Shown piece after piece: positions 1 through 10,973 of a stretch of 64,000 nt of DNA. The translations under genes were made by a program, and so were the position numbers. The first letter of the stretch is position 1. Each line of letters opens with the position of its first letter. The stretch lies in contig OY760074.1 in NCBI GenBank assembly GCA_963663035.1, positions 1,856,001 through 1,920,000 of the forward strand, in the 5' to 3' direction. This DNA is from Acidobacteriota bacterium (lineage in GTDB: Bacteria > Acidobacteriota > UBA6911 > RPQK01 > JADFOI01). The notes below the pieces were generated by a model. The model searched no databases and was not told the DNA's origin. It saw nothing but the letters and a program-made list of their open reading frames with translations.

Positions 1-716
1 ACACTACTCCAATAGTTCAAAATCGCCCACATGTGGCTGAGGGCTGAACAGCAAAGCATGCCATCGCTTGTTTGAAGTTCCATATCCTTCCCGCAAAACC
101 AGGAGTTGCTCATCCGCATATTGTGCGTGTGTAGTGTTGCCTTGGGGCTGGCAGTGGTGCCCGATGTAAAAAGCAGCAGGAAGGGATCCTGGGGCTGCGG
201 ATCTTCCTCTTGAGCCTTGGCAGACTCCTCGGCAAGTTCCTCCCAGGGAATGCTCCCCTGGGGTCTCTCTTCCCCCAGCGAGACGACCTGGCGCAGGGAG
301 GGAAGCCGTTGCTGTATTTCCAGACCCATCTCCAGGTAGCTAAAGTCCTTGACCGGAGAGCCCATCACCAACATGGCGCTTTCAGCAAAACCCAGGATAT
401 GCGCCATTTCCGAGCTCCGGTAGGGCATGTGAATGGGATTGAAGATGGCTCTGCGCTTGGATACCGCATGGTGCAGGATGAGAAACTCCGGGATATTGGG
501 GAGTTGACAGGAGACAACATCGCCCTTTCCTATCCCCCATCTGGCCAATCCTGCGGCCAGGCGATCGCTCTTGAGATCCAAATCGGCGTGACTGAGGGTG
601 ATGTCTCCCCATTCAATGGCCGGAGCATCGGGGTTTTTCTGGACATTCTCCCGGAGCAGATCGGTAAGACTCTTGTCCAGCCAGCAAGAGTCAGAGGGCT
701 TCTTATTCGATAACAT
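1..716 (-). CDS. AMP-dependent acyl/aryl-CoA ligase (5' part, runs off the window edge)
   Basis: Not in the ORF track. Manual translation from ATG at 716 gives MLSNKKPSDSCWLDKSLTDLLRENVQKNPDAPAI...GIGKGDVVSCQLPNIPE...DPFLLLFTSGTTASPKATLHTH (AMP-binding signature). Overlaps the upstream gene's 3' end by 14 bp. Confidence 0.85.
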   Translation of the reverse strand, partial: MLSNKKPSDSCWLDKSLTDLLRENVQKNPDAPAIEWGDITLSHADLDLKSDRLAAGLARWGIGKGDVVSCQLPNIPEFLILHHAVSKRRAIFNPIHMPYRSSEMAHILGFAESAMLVMGSPVKDFSYLEMGLEIQQRLPSLRQVVSLGEERPQGSIPWEELAEESAKAQEEDPQPQDPFLLLFTSGTTASPKATLHTHNMRMSNSWFCGKDMELQTSDGMLCCSALSHMWAILNYWSS

Positions 717-1830
717 CGGGAAGGGTCCAGCCTTCCTTAGGACCTGGTGCTTTGTAGTACAGCCATTGCCGTCTGGGGTTGGGTTTCTTTCCGCGGATCA
801 GATCGTCCATCCAGAGAAAGCCCTTTCGCCACCAACGCCATTTGGGGATTCCCCAGGTGATGATGCGGGCCCACCGCGAATCGGGAAGATTCCAGACGCA
901 AGTGGTAAAGCAACGGGCGCAATCGTTGAAACGACCCCGATTAGCCGTCCAATACTTCATGCATTTTTTGTTGTCCACCGCCCATTTCTCCACGTTGTCC
1001 TCGATAACCTTCTCTCCATAGGGGATGCACTGAGCCGGGCAATTCACCGCACACTTGTTGCAATCGGTACACATGTCCTGCACACCGATATCCACCGGGC
1101 TGTCCACCTCAAGGGGGAGATCGGTGGTCACGGTTGCCAAACGGACACGTGGTCCATATTTGCGAGTGATAAGGTTTCCGTTTCGTGCCAGCTCTCCCAC
1201 ACCAGCCTCAACAGCAATGGGAATATGGACCACTTCCTCACTAATAAAAAAGTGGGCCTTGGCGGGCCAGCCAATTTCACGGATCCAGGCTGCAAGACTG
1301 ACCACCACCTTGGCACTGTCCAGATAACCCTTGCCAGTTGAAGCGTTGTCGATGAAGCTGGGGGAATTGGCATAGTTTTCGTGTGCCATTTCGACGGCAA
1401 TCGAAATGGCATACTTGTGATTGAGGTCGATAGGCTGCCCGGCAATGCCCTTATGGTGATCGATCCGCAGACCCCGGTGGGTAAAAACCCAAGCTTGATT
1501 CAGCTTGCAGATGCCCACCAGATCAGCATCCAGGAACTTGGCCACCCCTTTGATGATCTCGGACATCCGCCTGGGGTTTTTGACCTCGGTCCGCTTGGGG
1601 TTTAAGGGCCCATCGGCCACACTGCGCCAGGAGCGAATGGGAGCATTTTGGGGTCGCCGATCCGGGTAAAAGATACGCCGAAAAGGATCCTCCGATTCGG
1701 AAATCCATCTTTCCTGGACCCGTTTACCCAGATTGCCCATGGCCGCCTGGGTGTGCAGCTCATCTCGTTGATCGATGCGCTTCAGGGGACCCTTCACCCG
1801 GGTAGTGGGCTCGGATACCGTTCGTGTCAT
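703..1830 (-). CDS. Reductive dehalogenase-like cobalamin/2x[4Fe-4S] protein, no Tat signal
   Basis: CTDCNKCAVNCP and C-x13-CARCFTTC Fe-S motifs; ADLVGIC, HIPIAVEAGVGELARNG and GPRVRLATVTTDLPL blocks typical of the RdhA/QueG superfamily; no QueG DYH motif. Confidence 0.75.
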   Translation of the reverse strand: MTRTVSEPTTRVKGPLKRIDQRDELHTQAAMGNLGKRVQERWISESEDPFRRIFYPDRRPQNAPIRSWRSVADGPLNPKRTEVKNPRRMSEIIKGVAKFLDADLVGICKLNQAWVFTHRGLRIDHHKGIAGQPIDLNHKYAISIAVEMAHENYANSPSFIDNASTGKGYLDSAKVVVSLAAWIREIGWPAKAHFFISEEVVHIPIAVEAGVGELARNGNLITRKYGPRVRLATVTTDLPLEVDSPVDIGVQDMCTDCNKCAVNCPAQCIPYGEKVIEDNVEKWAVDNKKCMKYWTANRGRFNDCARCFTTCVWNLPDSRWARIITWGIPKWRWWRKGFLWMDDLIRGKKPNPRRQWLYYKAPGPKEGWTLPDVIE

Positions 1831-1847
1831 GCTTTACACCTCAGGGA

Positions 1848-1963
1848 AGGAGACAGGAGTCAGGAGATAGGAGTCAGGAGAAAGAAATCAGAAGTCAGTC
1901 TCCTGAATAGACTTGAAACTTGGAACCTGGAACTGGTCTCCTGCCTCCTACCTCCTGCCTCCT
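1848..1963. repeat. Heptamer tandem array (AGGAGnn)n with an inverted (nnCTCCT)n arm
   Basis: AGGAGAC AGGAGTC AGGAGAT AGGAGTC AGGAGAA ... TTGAAAC TTGGAAC CTGGAAC ... GTCTCCT GCCTCCT ACCTCCT GCCTCCT. Confidence 0.85.
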
Positions 1964-1969
1964 TCTCTT

Positions 1970-3621
1970 TCACCCTGCCTGGATCAGCACAAAGGTGAGG
2001 TCATCGTGTTGAGCCATCCCCTCAGTGAATTGGTCCAAGGCTTCCAGGAGTTCTTTTTTTAGTGCCTCGGCTCCGGCAGGTGCGAAGGTTTTGATGATTT
2101 GCAAAAGTCTCTCTTCCTCAAACATCTCTCCCTGAGTGTCAGTCGCCTCCGTGACGCCATCGGAGTAGATAACCAGGACATCCTTAGGCCCGAACTGGAG
2201 TGGGCGAGAGTTGTAAGAGGCATTGTCGAAAGCTCCCAGGATCAAGCCTTCTGAGCGGAGCTCTTCAATCTCACCCGTGGCAGCACGGAAGAGATAGGCG
2301 GGATTGTGGCCCGCCCCCACGAATTCTCCCTTACCCTGGGCATCGACAGAGAAGAGAAAGAGGGTGGCGAAAGCATTGGAGGGTGATCTTTCGCACAGGA
2401 GGGAATTCACACGGGCCAGTGCCTCCCTGGGTGGCACACCCATACGGAATTCCATGTCCAGGGCTCCCTGCAGCATCGAACTCAACAGAGCCGCCGGCAC
2501 CCCTTTACCGGAGACATCTGCCAAGATCCCAATCAGTTCCTGGGAGGTCGGTTGGAGAAAATCATAGAAGTCGCCTCCCACGTGACGGGTGGGTTCACTA
2601 TGAGCCTCGAAGCTGAAATTCCCGAATTTGGGAAGGGAACGAGGTAAAAGACTTCTCTGGGTCTCGAAGGCGATCACCATTCCCTGCTCGTACTTCCTTC
2701 TCTCCTCAAAGCCTTTGATCATCTCCACCTTCTCGAGCACGTTACCGGCCTCAATTGCCAGCTTCTTGAGGATCTTTTCATCCAGACCCGACAGGGCACC
2801 CATGATGCTGGTACTGTCCAGATAAAGGATTCCCAGAACTTCAGGTCTGTCCGACTCAGCCGATATTCCCTTAAGAGGCAGGCAAGGGCTCTGAGCTGCA
2901 TTTCCACAATACTCTCCTGGCGCGCGAGGTCACCCTTGATTCCCTCAGTCATAAAGACAGGGACTCCAGTGCCTGCCACCTGAGCCACCACAGTTTGGCT
3001 GCTACGAAATTCGGCTTCAGACAAAACCTTGTCCTGGGCAGTGAGCCCTACGACAAAACTGAAAGCGTCGCCCTGCCGCCGAAAAACGCAACCTTTTTCT
3101 GCGCCGATGGTTTGGAGAGCAAATCTCAGTATGTGTTCAAAGGTCTCATCGGAGGAAAACTGCTGCCCCCATTGGTATTGGAGATCCAGGATGAAGTGAA
3201 TCTTCTCCAGATCGGAGTATTCTGAGTACTTCTCAGACCCAAGAACCGAGGTCAAATGGGCTAAGGAGGTTCTGAGATCTCCAGCGGTGGTCTCGCTACC
3301 TTTGGCGAATTCGTCAGATGAAAAAAGCACTTCCAAGCGCCCCAGACGGATTTGGTCTCCAGCTTGAAGCTCTTTCTCTTCAATGCGCTCGTCGTTGACA
3401 AAGGTGCCATGGGTGCTTTTCAGGTCAACGATCGAATAACCTTTATCCTTTTTGACAATCTTGGCATGTTGTCGAGACACAGAGCGGTCGATGAGGACGA
3501 CAAAATCAGCGTCAGAACTTCTGCCAATGAGAACTTCATCCGAACTGACTTCGAAGACTTGCTCCTGGGTCTTCTCCGGGCCCAGCAACTTAAGATAGGG
3601 AGTCGGCTGTTTTTTACTCAT
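1970..3621 (-). pseudogene. FHA-GAF-PP2C (SpoIIE/RsbU) phosphatase split by a frameshift at ~2876-2883
   Basis: ORF 2719..3621 has FHA (GRSSDAD, SVSRQHA, STHGTFVN) and GAF; ORF 1970..2803 has PP2C (VGGDFYD, ADVSGKG, SDGVTE, DDLT). Adding one GCCT unit joins them as LACLPLKG...LGILYLDS. Confidence 0.8.
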
Positions 3622-3681
3622 CAGGTTTTCCGAGTACTCTCAGCTGGTGCTGATTATCTCAGATAAATTGCATTTTGTAAG

Positions 3682-4998
3682 CTACTGATAGTAATCCAGC
3701 CCCAGATGAGTGATCTGCTCCTCACCGCGCAAATATCGAAGTGTGTTTTTTAACTTCATCAGCTGAATGAAAAGATCGTGTTCGGGGTACAATTCGGGCA
3801 GTGTCATGGGACTCTTGAAATAGAAGGAGAGCCATTCCTGGATGCCACCCATCCCGGCCCTCTTGGCCAGATCCAGAAAGAGCACCAGATCTAAAAGAAG
3901 AGGAGCCGCCAAAATACTATCGCGGCACAAAAAATTAATCTTGAGCTGCATCGGATAGCCCAGCCACCCGAACAGATCGATGTTGTCCCAGCCCTCTTTG
4001 TTGTCTCTTCGAGGGGGATAGTAGTTGATCCGAACCTTGTGATAGAAATTGCTGTAAAGATCGGGATAAACATCGGGCTGCAGAATGTGCTCCAGGACCG
4101 ACAATTTAGATTCTTCCTTGGTTTTGAATGAGCCGGGATCGTCCAAGACTTCACCGTCTCGATTTCCCAAAATATTGGTTGAAAACCAGCCTGATAGTCC
4201 CAACAACCGGGCCTTGAACCCGGGAGCAAGAATCGTCTTCATGAGCGTCTGACCCGTTTTAAAGTCTTTCCCACACACAGGCACTTGCTTCAGTTCCGCC
4301 AGCTGGGTAAAAGCTGGAACATCGACGGTGAGATTGGGAGCTCCATTGGCAAAGGGTATTCCCAAGTGAAGGGCTGCGTAAGCATAGACCATGCTGGAAG
4401 GGATGCTCTCGTCATTGCTCTTCAACCCCGCCTCCAGCTTCTCCAGGGACTGGTGAGCCTCCGTCTGGTTGATAAACACTTCGGTGCTGCCGCACCAAAT
4501 CATGACCATTCGGTCTATGTCTTTCTCCTTTTGAAAGTGCTGGATGTCCTCAACCAACTTCTGGGCCAGATCCCATTTCGTTTTCTCCTTCTTGAGGTGG
4601 GTACCGTGCAGTCGTTTCACATCGCGAGGGTGAAAGACAGCTTTCATGGGGCGGATAGCCTCAAGCTCTCCCCTCACCTGTTCCAACAAGCTGGCTTCCA
4701 GCACGCCGGCATTGACGGAAGCCTTGTAGGCATCCTCCTCAAAGATGTCCCAAGCAGCAAAAACAAGGTCCTCCAGTCCCGCCAGAGGAACAAACTCCGC
4801 AATCCTTGGAATTCTCTTCTCGGTACGCTTTCCCAGACGGACGGTGCCCATCTGGGTGAGGGAACCAATGGGTTTTCCCAAACCCTTTTTTATGGCTTCC
4901 ACTCCAGCGATAAAGGTGGTACTGACAGCTCCAAGGCCAATCAGCAGGACTCCCAGCTTACCCTTTGCATCCGTTATTTCTATTTTCTTCTCACTCAT
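3682..4998 (-). CDS. ino1: myo-inositol-1-phosphate synthase
   Basis: GLGAVSTT Rossmann motif, GKDFKTGQT, NILGNRDG, CRDSILAAPL, SFYFKSP. Confidence 0.93.
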   Translation of the reverse strand: MSEKKIEITDAKGKLGVLLIGLGAVSTTFIAGVEAIKKGLGKPIGSLTQMGTVRLGKRTEKRIPRIAEFVPLAGLEDLVFAAWDIFEEDAYKASVNAGVLEASLLEQVRGELEAIRPMKAVFHPRDVKRLHGTHLKKEKTKWDLAQKLVEDIQHFQKEKDIDRMVMIWCGSTEVFINQTEAHQSLEKLEAGLKSNDESIPSSMVYAYAALHLGIPFANGAPNLTVDVPAFTQLAELKQVPVCGKDFKTGQTLMKTILAPGFKARLLGLSGWFSTNILGNRDGEVLDDPGSFKTKEESKLSVLEHILQPDVYPDLYSNFYHKVRINYYPPRRDNKEGWDNIDLFGWLGYPMQLKINFLCRDSILAAPLLLDLVLFLDLAKRAGMGGIQEWLSFYFKSPMTLPELYPEHDLFIQLMKLKNTLRYLRGEEQITHLGLDYYQ

Positions 4999-5000
4999 GC

Positions 5001-7064
5001 TCAACCCTCCTGCACAATTTCTGAGATGTCAGCGATCTTCAAGAATAGCTGGGAGATATCATACAAAAGGCGTAATCGATTTCTCCGCAGCTTTTCGTCC
5101 TCGGCCATGACCAGAACCTTGTCAAAAAAAGGATCCACACTCTTTCTCAACCCGGCAATCTGCTTCAGGGCAGAGACATAATCACCCATCTTGAGATTCT
5201 CGTCAACCTTCGGTCTGAGCTCCGAATAGGCACGGAAAAGGGTACGTTCCTCTGGTTCTATCAAGCTCTCTGTGTTGACCTCTGACACTTCAATGGCCTG
5301 GTTGGCCAGAATATTCTTGGTCCTCTTGAAAGCAATAGCCAGAGCCTCAAAATCCTCTTCGCCCCGAATTCCAGACAGAGACTCGGCTCTCTGGTAGGCG
5401 TCGTAGACTCCATGAATCTCTACTGCCAGAACTGCATTCAAGACATCGTAGGAGATTCCCTTCTCCTTGAAAATAAAACGCACACGCCTCCGCAGGAACT
5501 CCATGACCGACTCGCAGACTTCCTGACTCTCCATTTCGGACGGGAAGTTTTTCTGAGTCAACTTCACCAGAGAGCGCAAGGAATGGTCCAGGCGATGGTC
5601 GAACAGGACCTTGACCAGGGCTTGAGCCTGCCGCCGCAAGGCAAAAGGATCACTCGAACCCGTGGGAACAATGCCGACGGCGAAACAGCCGACAATGGTG
5701 TCCAGCTTATCAGCGATCGAGAGTAAGGCGCCCAACTCCGTCGAGGGGGAGGCATCTTCCAGAGATACCGGCTCATAATGTTCATAGATCGCCTTCCAAA
5801 CTTCTGCAGGATAACCTTCCTCACGGGCATATAATCCGCCCATTACTCCTTGAAGCTCAGGAAATTCACGGACCATTGCACTCATGAGGTCCGTTTTACA
5901 AAGCCTGGCCGCTGTCTTCAGATTAGGATCCTCAGACAACTCACCGCACAGCATCTGAAGACGCTCTGTCTTGGCACCGTAACTCCCCAACCTTTCCTGA
6001 AAGAGGACGCTCTCTAGCGCCTCCACACGCTCCTCGAGCCGCTTTTTCCGATCCGCCTTCCAAAAGAAAACGGAGTCCTCCAGTCTGGCCTTCAAGACCT
6101 TTTCGTGCCCCTTTTGAATCGTCCCCTCGGGGTCACCGCTGGTGTTCATCACCGTCACAAAATAGGGTTGAATCTCTTCTGCTTCGTTGACCACAGAGAA
6201 ATACTTTTGATGGTGACGCATCACTGTAATCAGCACTTCCTGGGGCAGTTCCAGGAACGCCTGGCTGAAGCTCCCACAGATCAGGGTGGGGTACTCGTTG
6301 AGATGGACTACCGTTTCCAGCAAGTGGGGGTCAGGAAGAATTTGTAGACCCTCCGGAAGGACAAGTTCAATCTCCTTGCTGATCTTGTTCCTTCTCTCCT
6401 CTACATCCGCCAGGACATAGTTCTCCCGCAACCTTTCCAGGAAATCGTCGATCTCAGACAGCTGAATTTCATGCTGCCCCAAAAAGCGATGTCCCCGTGT
6501 CACATTGCCTGCCCGAATCCCCTCAAACTCCAGGGGAAGGACCTGGTCATTCAAAAGTGCAAGGCACCAGCGCAGCGGTCGAATGAAGCGGAAGCGACTT
6601 TCCCGCCAGTACATGTTCTTGGGCCAGGAAATCGAGGTGACTACCTGGGGCAGAATTTCCTGGAGGACTTCCGCCAATAACTTTCCTGGGATTTTCTTCC
6701 GATAACCCACATAGCGGCCTCGCTCGGTCTCCACCACCTCCAGGTCCGCTACAGCCAGACCCCCTTTCCGGGCAAAGCCTTCCGCAGCCCGGGTCGGCTT
6801 GTTCTCCTGGTCGTAGGCGACTGAGTGAGAGGGACCCATGACAACTTCCTCCCGCTCCGGCTGGTGATCTGGGAATCCCTCCAGCAGGAGAACCAGGCGA
6901 CGAGGGGAGGCGAATGATTTCATCGATTCAAAGTGCAGGTGGGCCTCCTCCAGCAGTCCTTCACAGCTTTGACACATCTGCTCCAGAGCTGGGGAGATCA
7001 TGTCAGCCGGGATCTCCTCCAAACCCAATTCAAACAGGAATTTGTTCTTCTTGCTTCTCGACAT
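5001..7064 (-). CDS. glyS: Glycine--tRNA ligase beta subunit
   Basis: [40 protein letters not shown]. Confidence 0.96.
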   Translation of the reverse strand: MSRSKKNKFLFELGLEEIPADMISPALEQMCQSCEGLLEEAHLHFESMKSFASPRRLVLLLEGFPDHQPEREEVVMGPSHSVAYDQENKPTRAAEGFARKGGLAVADLEVVETERGRYVGYRKKIPGKLLAEVLQEILPQVVTSISWPKNMYWRESRFRFIRPLRWCLALLNDQVLPLEFEGIRAGNVTRGHRFLGQHEIQLSEIDDFLERLRENYVLADVEERRNKISKEIELVLPEGLQILPDPHLLETVVHLNEYPTLICGSFSQAFLELPQEVLITVMRHHQKYFSVVNEAEEIQPYFVTVMNTSGDPEGTIQKGHEKVLKARLEDSVFFWKADRKKRLEERVEALESVLFQERLGSYGAKTERLQMLCGELSEDPNLKTAARLCKTDLMSAMVREFPELQGVMGGLYAREEGYPAEVWKAIYEHYEPVSLEDASPSTELGALLSIADKLDTIVGCFAVGIVPTGSSDPFALRRQAQALVKVLFDHRLDHSLRSLVKLTQKNFPSEMESQEVCESVMEFLRRRVRFIFKEKGISYDVLNAVLAVEIHGVYDAYQRAESLSGIRGEEDFEALAIAFKRTKNILANQAIEVSEVNTESLIEPEERTLFRAYSELRPKVDENLKMGDYVSALKQIAGLRKSVDPFFDKVLVMAEDEKLRRNRLRLLYDISQLFLKIADISEIVQEG

Positions 7065-7890
7065 ACTGCTTGGCTATTTTCAGCGCAAGGGAACGCACGC
7101 GCGCGATCACTCCGACTCTTTGGGTCACACTAATGGCTCCACGACTGTCTAACAGGTTAAAGGTGTGAGAGCACTTCAAGCAATAGTCATATGCGGGAAG
7201 GACACAGCCTTTTTCTAAACAGCGGAGACTCTCTTTCTCGTAAAGATCGAAGAGCTTAAAGAGCATTCCTGTGTCAGCAACCTCAAAATTGTATTTGGAG
7301 AACTCATATTCTTCCTGCCCTTTGACCTGTCCATAGGTCAGTTCCTCATTCCAGGGGAGGTCAAAGATGCTGTCCGAATCGGTGATAAAACTGGCAATCC
7401 GTTCCAGCCCATAGGTTATCTCTGCTGAGATCGGCATGAGATCGAGCCCTCCCGTCTGCTGAAAGTAGGTAAACTGGGTGATTTCCAGACCATCCAGCAG
7501 AACTTGCCAGCCAATTCCCCAGGCTCCCAGTGTAGGGGCTTCCCAGTTGTCTTCTTCGAACCGAAGATCGTGCTTGTCCAGGGGAATTCCCAGTTTCCGA
7601 AGGCTTTCCAGGTAGACGTCTTGAACATCATCAGGGGAAGGCTTCAGAATCACCTGGACCTGGTAGTGACGATAGACACGATTCGGATTCTCGCCATAAC
7701 GGCCATCCGTGGGCCGACGCGACGGCTGAACGTAGGCAACCTTGTAAGGCTGCGAACCCAGGACCCGGAAGAAAGTCTCCGGGTGCATGGTCCCTGCCCC
7801 GACTTCAACGTCGTAGGGCTGCTGAATGACACACCCGTACTTCATCCAGTACTCGATCAATCCGTGAGTAATCTCCTGAAACGTCTTCAT
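7030..7890 (-). CDS. glyQ: Glycine--tRNA ligase alpha subunit
   Basis: [39 protein letters not shown]. Confidence 0.97.
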   Translation of the reverse strand: MKTFQEITHGLIEYWMKYGCVIQQPYDVEVGAGTMHPETFFRVLGSQPYKVAYVQPSRRPTDGRYGENPNRVYRHYQVQVILKPSPDDVQDVYLESLRKLGIPLDKHDLRFEEDNWEAPTLGAWGIGWQVLLDGLEITQFTYFQQTGGLDLMPISAEITYGLERIASFITDSDSIFDLPWNEELTYGQVKGQEEYEFSKYNFEVADTGMLFKLFDLYEKESLRCLEKGCVLPAYDYCLKCSHTFNLLDSRGAISVTQRVGVIARVRSLALKIAKQYVEKQEEQIPV

Positions 7891-7905
7891 TCTCAGTAAC
7901 CCGCT

Positions 7906-8547
7906 CTACAAGAATTCCAGCAACATTTTTCTTGTCTTCAACCGCTTTTCCAGGTGGTATTCTATCAACTCACTGCACAGACTTTCTAACCTCTTATTTT
8001 CCTTTCCAGAGAGCTCGAAAGTGTGAAGCTGATTAGCGTGGAGCTTCATCATGTTTTTGACCTTGACCGCCAGCTGGAGAGGAAGTTTTTCCTCAAGTGA
8101 GGGCAAGACGCCTTCCAATTGGAGAAGCCACAGTTCAAAATAGCGGGCCAGCAGGTCGACTGGCACCTGTTGACTCGCCTCCAGAACCCTCAGGCTCAAA
8201 CGGAAAAGCAGTTCACTCTCCTCCTGTTCCTTGGAAAACTCCACCAGGAGCTCAGCAAAATAGCTGAAGTGAAGACTGACTTCCCAGGTAAGCTGGTAGG
8301 CCGAAAAGGCCCGCAGGATCTCACAGCTTTGAATTGCAGCCAATTCCTGATGCTCTTTCCGAGAAAAACTGAGCCGCACCTGAGTCAATGGTTCCAGGCT
8401 GCCGGTAAATCGGCCTTTCGCCTTCTGAGCTCCGTAAGCGACCCCTCGCACTTTTCCAAAGTCTCGCGTGAGGAAAACAGCAATCTTATGGGACTCAGAG
8501 TAAGGGTAAGTCCTGAGGGTCAGAGCTTCGGACCGGTGGGCACTCAT
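7906..8547 (-). CDS. recO: DNA repair protein RecO
   Basis: YSESHKIAVFLTRDFGKVRGVAYGA; adjacent to glyQ. Confidence 0.9.
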   Translation of the reverse strand: MSAHRSEALTLRTYPYSESHKIAVFLTRDFGKVRGVAYGAQKAKGRFTGSLEPLTQVRLSFSRKEHQELAAIQSCEILRAFSAYQLTWEVSLHFSYFAELLVEFSKEQEESELLFRLSLRVLEASQQVPVDLLARYFELWLLQLEGVLPSLEEKLPLQLAVKVKNMMKLHANQLHTFELSGKENKRLESLCSELIEYHLEKRLKTRKMLLEFL

Positions 8548-9911
8548 GAGACCGGAAGGAGATGGAGGAAATATGTCGCTAATCCCAGGAAGGACAAAAA
8601 TCCAACTGCATCGGTAAAGGTCGTCACGAAAATACCCGAAGCGATCGCCGGGTCGATCTTCAAGTTCTTTAAAATCAGTGGGATCAGGGTTCCTACCACC
8701 CCGGCCAAGGCCACGTTAATAATCATCGCTCCCCCCAGGACCAGCCCCAGTATATAACTGCCCCTCCAGAGATAGGCCACCACACCGGCAAGGATGCCGG
8801 TCACAAGTCCATTGTTTATACCCACAAGAAGCTCCTTCAGGAGAATCGATTTCCCGCTCGCCCAGCTCACTTCTCCCAAAGCCATCCCACGCACCATGAC
8901 AGTCAAGGTTTGGGTCCCGGAATTCCCGCCCATACCGGCAACAACAGGCAAAAAGACTGCCAGAAACGAAAAGCGCGCGATGGTCGGTTCGTAGAGAGCA
9001 ACAACCGTGGCCGCAAGCAGTGCCGCAGCCAAATTCACCACCAACCAGGGAAGTCGTTTCCTCACTGAGGTCAGCGCGGGTGTATGAATGTGATCACTCG
9101 CCTCAATGCCCGCCAGATGGAAAATATCTTCCGTCGCCTCCTCTTCAATAACGTCGATGATGTCATCCACAGTAATAGTCCCGACCAGCTTGTTCTCGTA
9201 ATCCACGACCGGAATGGCTAACAAATCGTACAGAGCCACCTCACGGGCAACCTCTTCCTGGTCAGTCTCAGTGGTGACCGAGATGACATCGGTGGTCATG
9301 ATCTTCTTGAGAGGAGTGCTGGATGCAACGCTGAGAAGCTCACGCAGAGACGCCACACCGACCAGGTGATTTCGCTCATCGACAACATACAGATAAAAGA
9401 CCACCTCCAACTCCTGGGCGGTCTGAATGGTATGGATGGCTTCGCTGACGGAAAGGTCCTCACAGAGAGAAAACACATTGGGCGTCATGATTCGCCCGGC
9501 TGTTTCTTCTTCATAGAGGAGAAGATGTTGAACTTCAGTGGACTCCTCCACCCCCATTTGCTCCAGAATCTCCTGGGCAAACTCCTCGGGAAGGGCGGAA
9601 ATAAACACGGTGGCAGAGTCCGTTTCCAACCTCTGGAGCACCTTACCGATCTCCTCCCGGGGAATCTGTTTCAGGAGATCCAGACCTGGATCCACTCCCA
9701 AAATCTTCAGCGTCTCAGCTGCCAGTTGCCGATCACGTTGAACCAGGAGCGAGAAGACGGAGTTCTGCTCCCGCTCGCTTAATTCCAGCATGATGCTGGA
9801 GATATCACCCGGTCGCAGCTTGCTCAGGAGATTGGTCAGGTGACGGTCCGCACTTCTCCTGAGCAGTTTGCGAACCGACTTTCCCATGACATCCACTTTC
9901 TGAGCACGCAT
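8544..9911 (-). CDS. mgtE: Magnesium transporter MgtE
   Basis: CBS pair (TAGRIMT, GTITVDD), RKRLPWL, GMGGNSGTQ, DPAIASG. Confidence 0.95.
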   Translation of the reverse strand: MRAQKVDVMGKSVRKLLRRSADRHLTNLLSKLRPGDISSIMLELSEREQNSVFSLLVQRDRQLAAETLKILGVDPGLDLLKQIPREEIGKVLQRLETDSATVFISALPEEFAQEILEQMGVEESTEVQHLLLYEEETAGRIMTPNVFSLCEDLSVSEAIHTIQTAQELEVVFYLYVVDERNHLVGVASLRELLSVASSTPLKKIMTTDVISVTTETDQEEVAREVALYDLLAIPVVDYENKLVGTITVDDIIDVIEEEATEDIFHLAGIEASDHIHTPALTSVRKRLPWLVVNLAAALLAATVVALYEPTIARFSFLAVFLPVVAGMGGNSGTQTLTVMVRGMALGEVSWASGKSILLKELLVGINNGLVTGILAGVVAYLWRGSYILGLVLGGAMIINVALAGVVGTLIPLILKNLKIDPAIASGIFVTTFTDAVGFLSFLGLATYFLHLLPVS

Positions 9912-9965
9912 GGATACTCCTCAGGAAAAGCACCACTGTAGAAAATGGGCCTCCCGGCAGGCTAG

Positions 9966-10156
9966 CCGGGAAAATGCATAGATTTTCTACTGCAGTGCCG
10001 CAATCAACCACGCTGACTGCGTTATACTTCCTTGGGCTCCTCGGCGTACCGTATGAGTACGCCTGCGGAACCCGACCCGCAAGCGGGTACCCCTCGCCTG
10101 CCTTGTCATCGCGGCGCCTGCTGCACTTCGTCACGAAAACCTATGCATTATCCCGG
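9966..10156. mobile_element. MITE-like structured palindromic element, family A copy 1 (191 bp)
   Basis: 22-bp TIR CCGGGAAAATGCATAGATTTTC / GAAAACCTATGCATTATCCCGG; flanked by CTAG and CTTA; abuts the pssA stop; homologous to three other copies. Confidence 0.85.
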
Positions 10157-10157
10157 C

Positions 10158-10973
10158 TTAATCGAGATTGAGTTCTTCGGCGGCAAGTTCTTCGGATCGT
10201 AGACGATACTTCACGAACTGGTGGGCCCGGGAGAACAATCCGCTGCAAAGATAAGCAAGCGCAAGGATCATCAGGACCTGCTGCGAGTACCAGACCACCC
10301 CGGCCAGGAGCAGTGCAAAAAGCAGCACATTCAGGTGAGATTTTCCACGCCCCAGGTTCAGTTGAGTCAAGGAAGGATAACGAATTGTGCTGATCATTAG
10401 AAAGGAAATGAAATAAGTGATCCCCACCAGATAGTACGAAAACAACGGCGATGGGAGCGGCTCTCCAAAGAGATGGACTGTGGCAGCCACAAAACCAGCG
10501 CCGCCAGGAATGGGAAGTCCGGCAAAGTGCCTCAGATCCTTCATTTGGAGATTGAAACGTGCCAGACGCATGGCCCCACAGATAAGAAAAACAAAGGCAG
10601 AGAAACGTGCAAAATTGCCAAAGTCGGCTAAACCCCAGGAATAGATGAGAACGGCTGGAGCTATTCCAAAACTGATGACATCCGCCAGAGAATCCAGCTG
10701 CGACCCGAAATCGCTGGTCACATTGGCCATCCGTGCCACTCGTCCGTCCAAAAAGTCCAGGACCACTGCAATGCCAATGGCAACGGCCGCACTTTGATAT
10801 TCACCGCTTAAGGTTGAGGTGACGGCATAGAATCCTGCGAAGATGTTCCCTACCGTGAAAGCTGTCGGTAAGAGATACACACTCCGGCGAAGTTTTCGGG
10901 GCCGGTTAAGCACCCGCTTGGATTCTGTTCTCAACGGCTTCCTTTCCGTACCTGTCACGAATTCTCTTTCCAA
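10158..10973 (-). CDS. pssA: CDP-diacylglycerol--serine O-phosphatidyltransferase
   Basis: DFLDGRVAR...FGSQLDSLADVISFG motif; RLARFN; next to psd. Confidence 0.92.
   Translation of the reverse strand: MEREFVTGTERKPLRTESKRVLNRPRKLRRSVYLLPTAFTVGNIFAGFYAVTSTLSGEYQSAAVAIGIAVVLDFLDGRVARMANVTSDFGSQLDSLADVISFGIAPAVLIYSWGLADFGNFARFSAFVFLICGAMRLARFNLQMKDLRHFAGLPIPGGAGFVAATVHLFGEPLPSPLFSYYLVGITYFISFLMISTIRYPSLTQLNLGRGKSHLNVLLFALLLAGVVWYSQQVLMILALAYLCSGLFSRAHQFVKYRLRSEELAAEELNLD

Noticed and set aside
703-1830. Epoxyqueuosine reductase QueG
   Set aside because: Lacks the QueG DYH block and the DUF1730-type N-terminus; context and motifs fit RdhA-like proteins better
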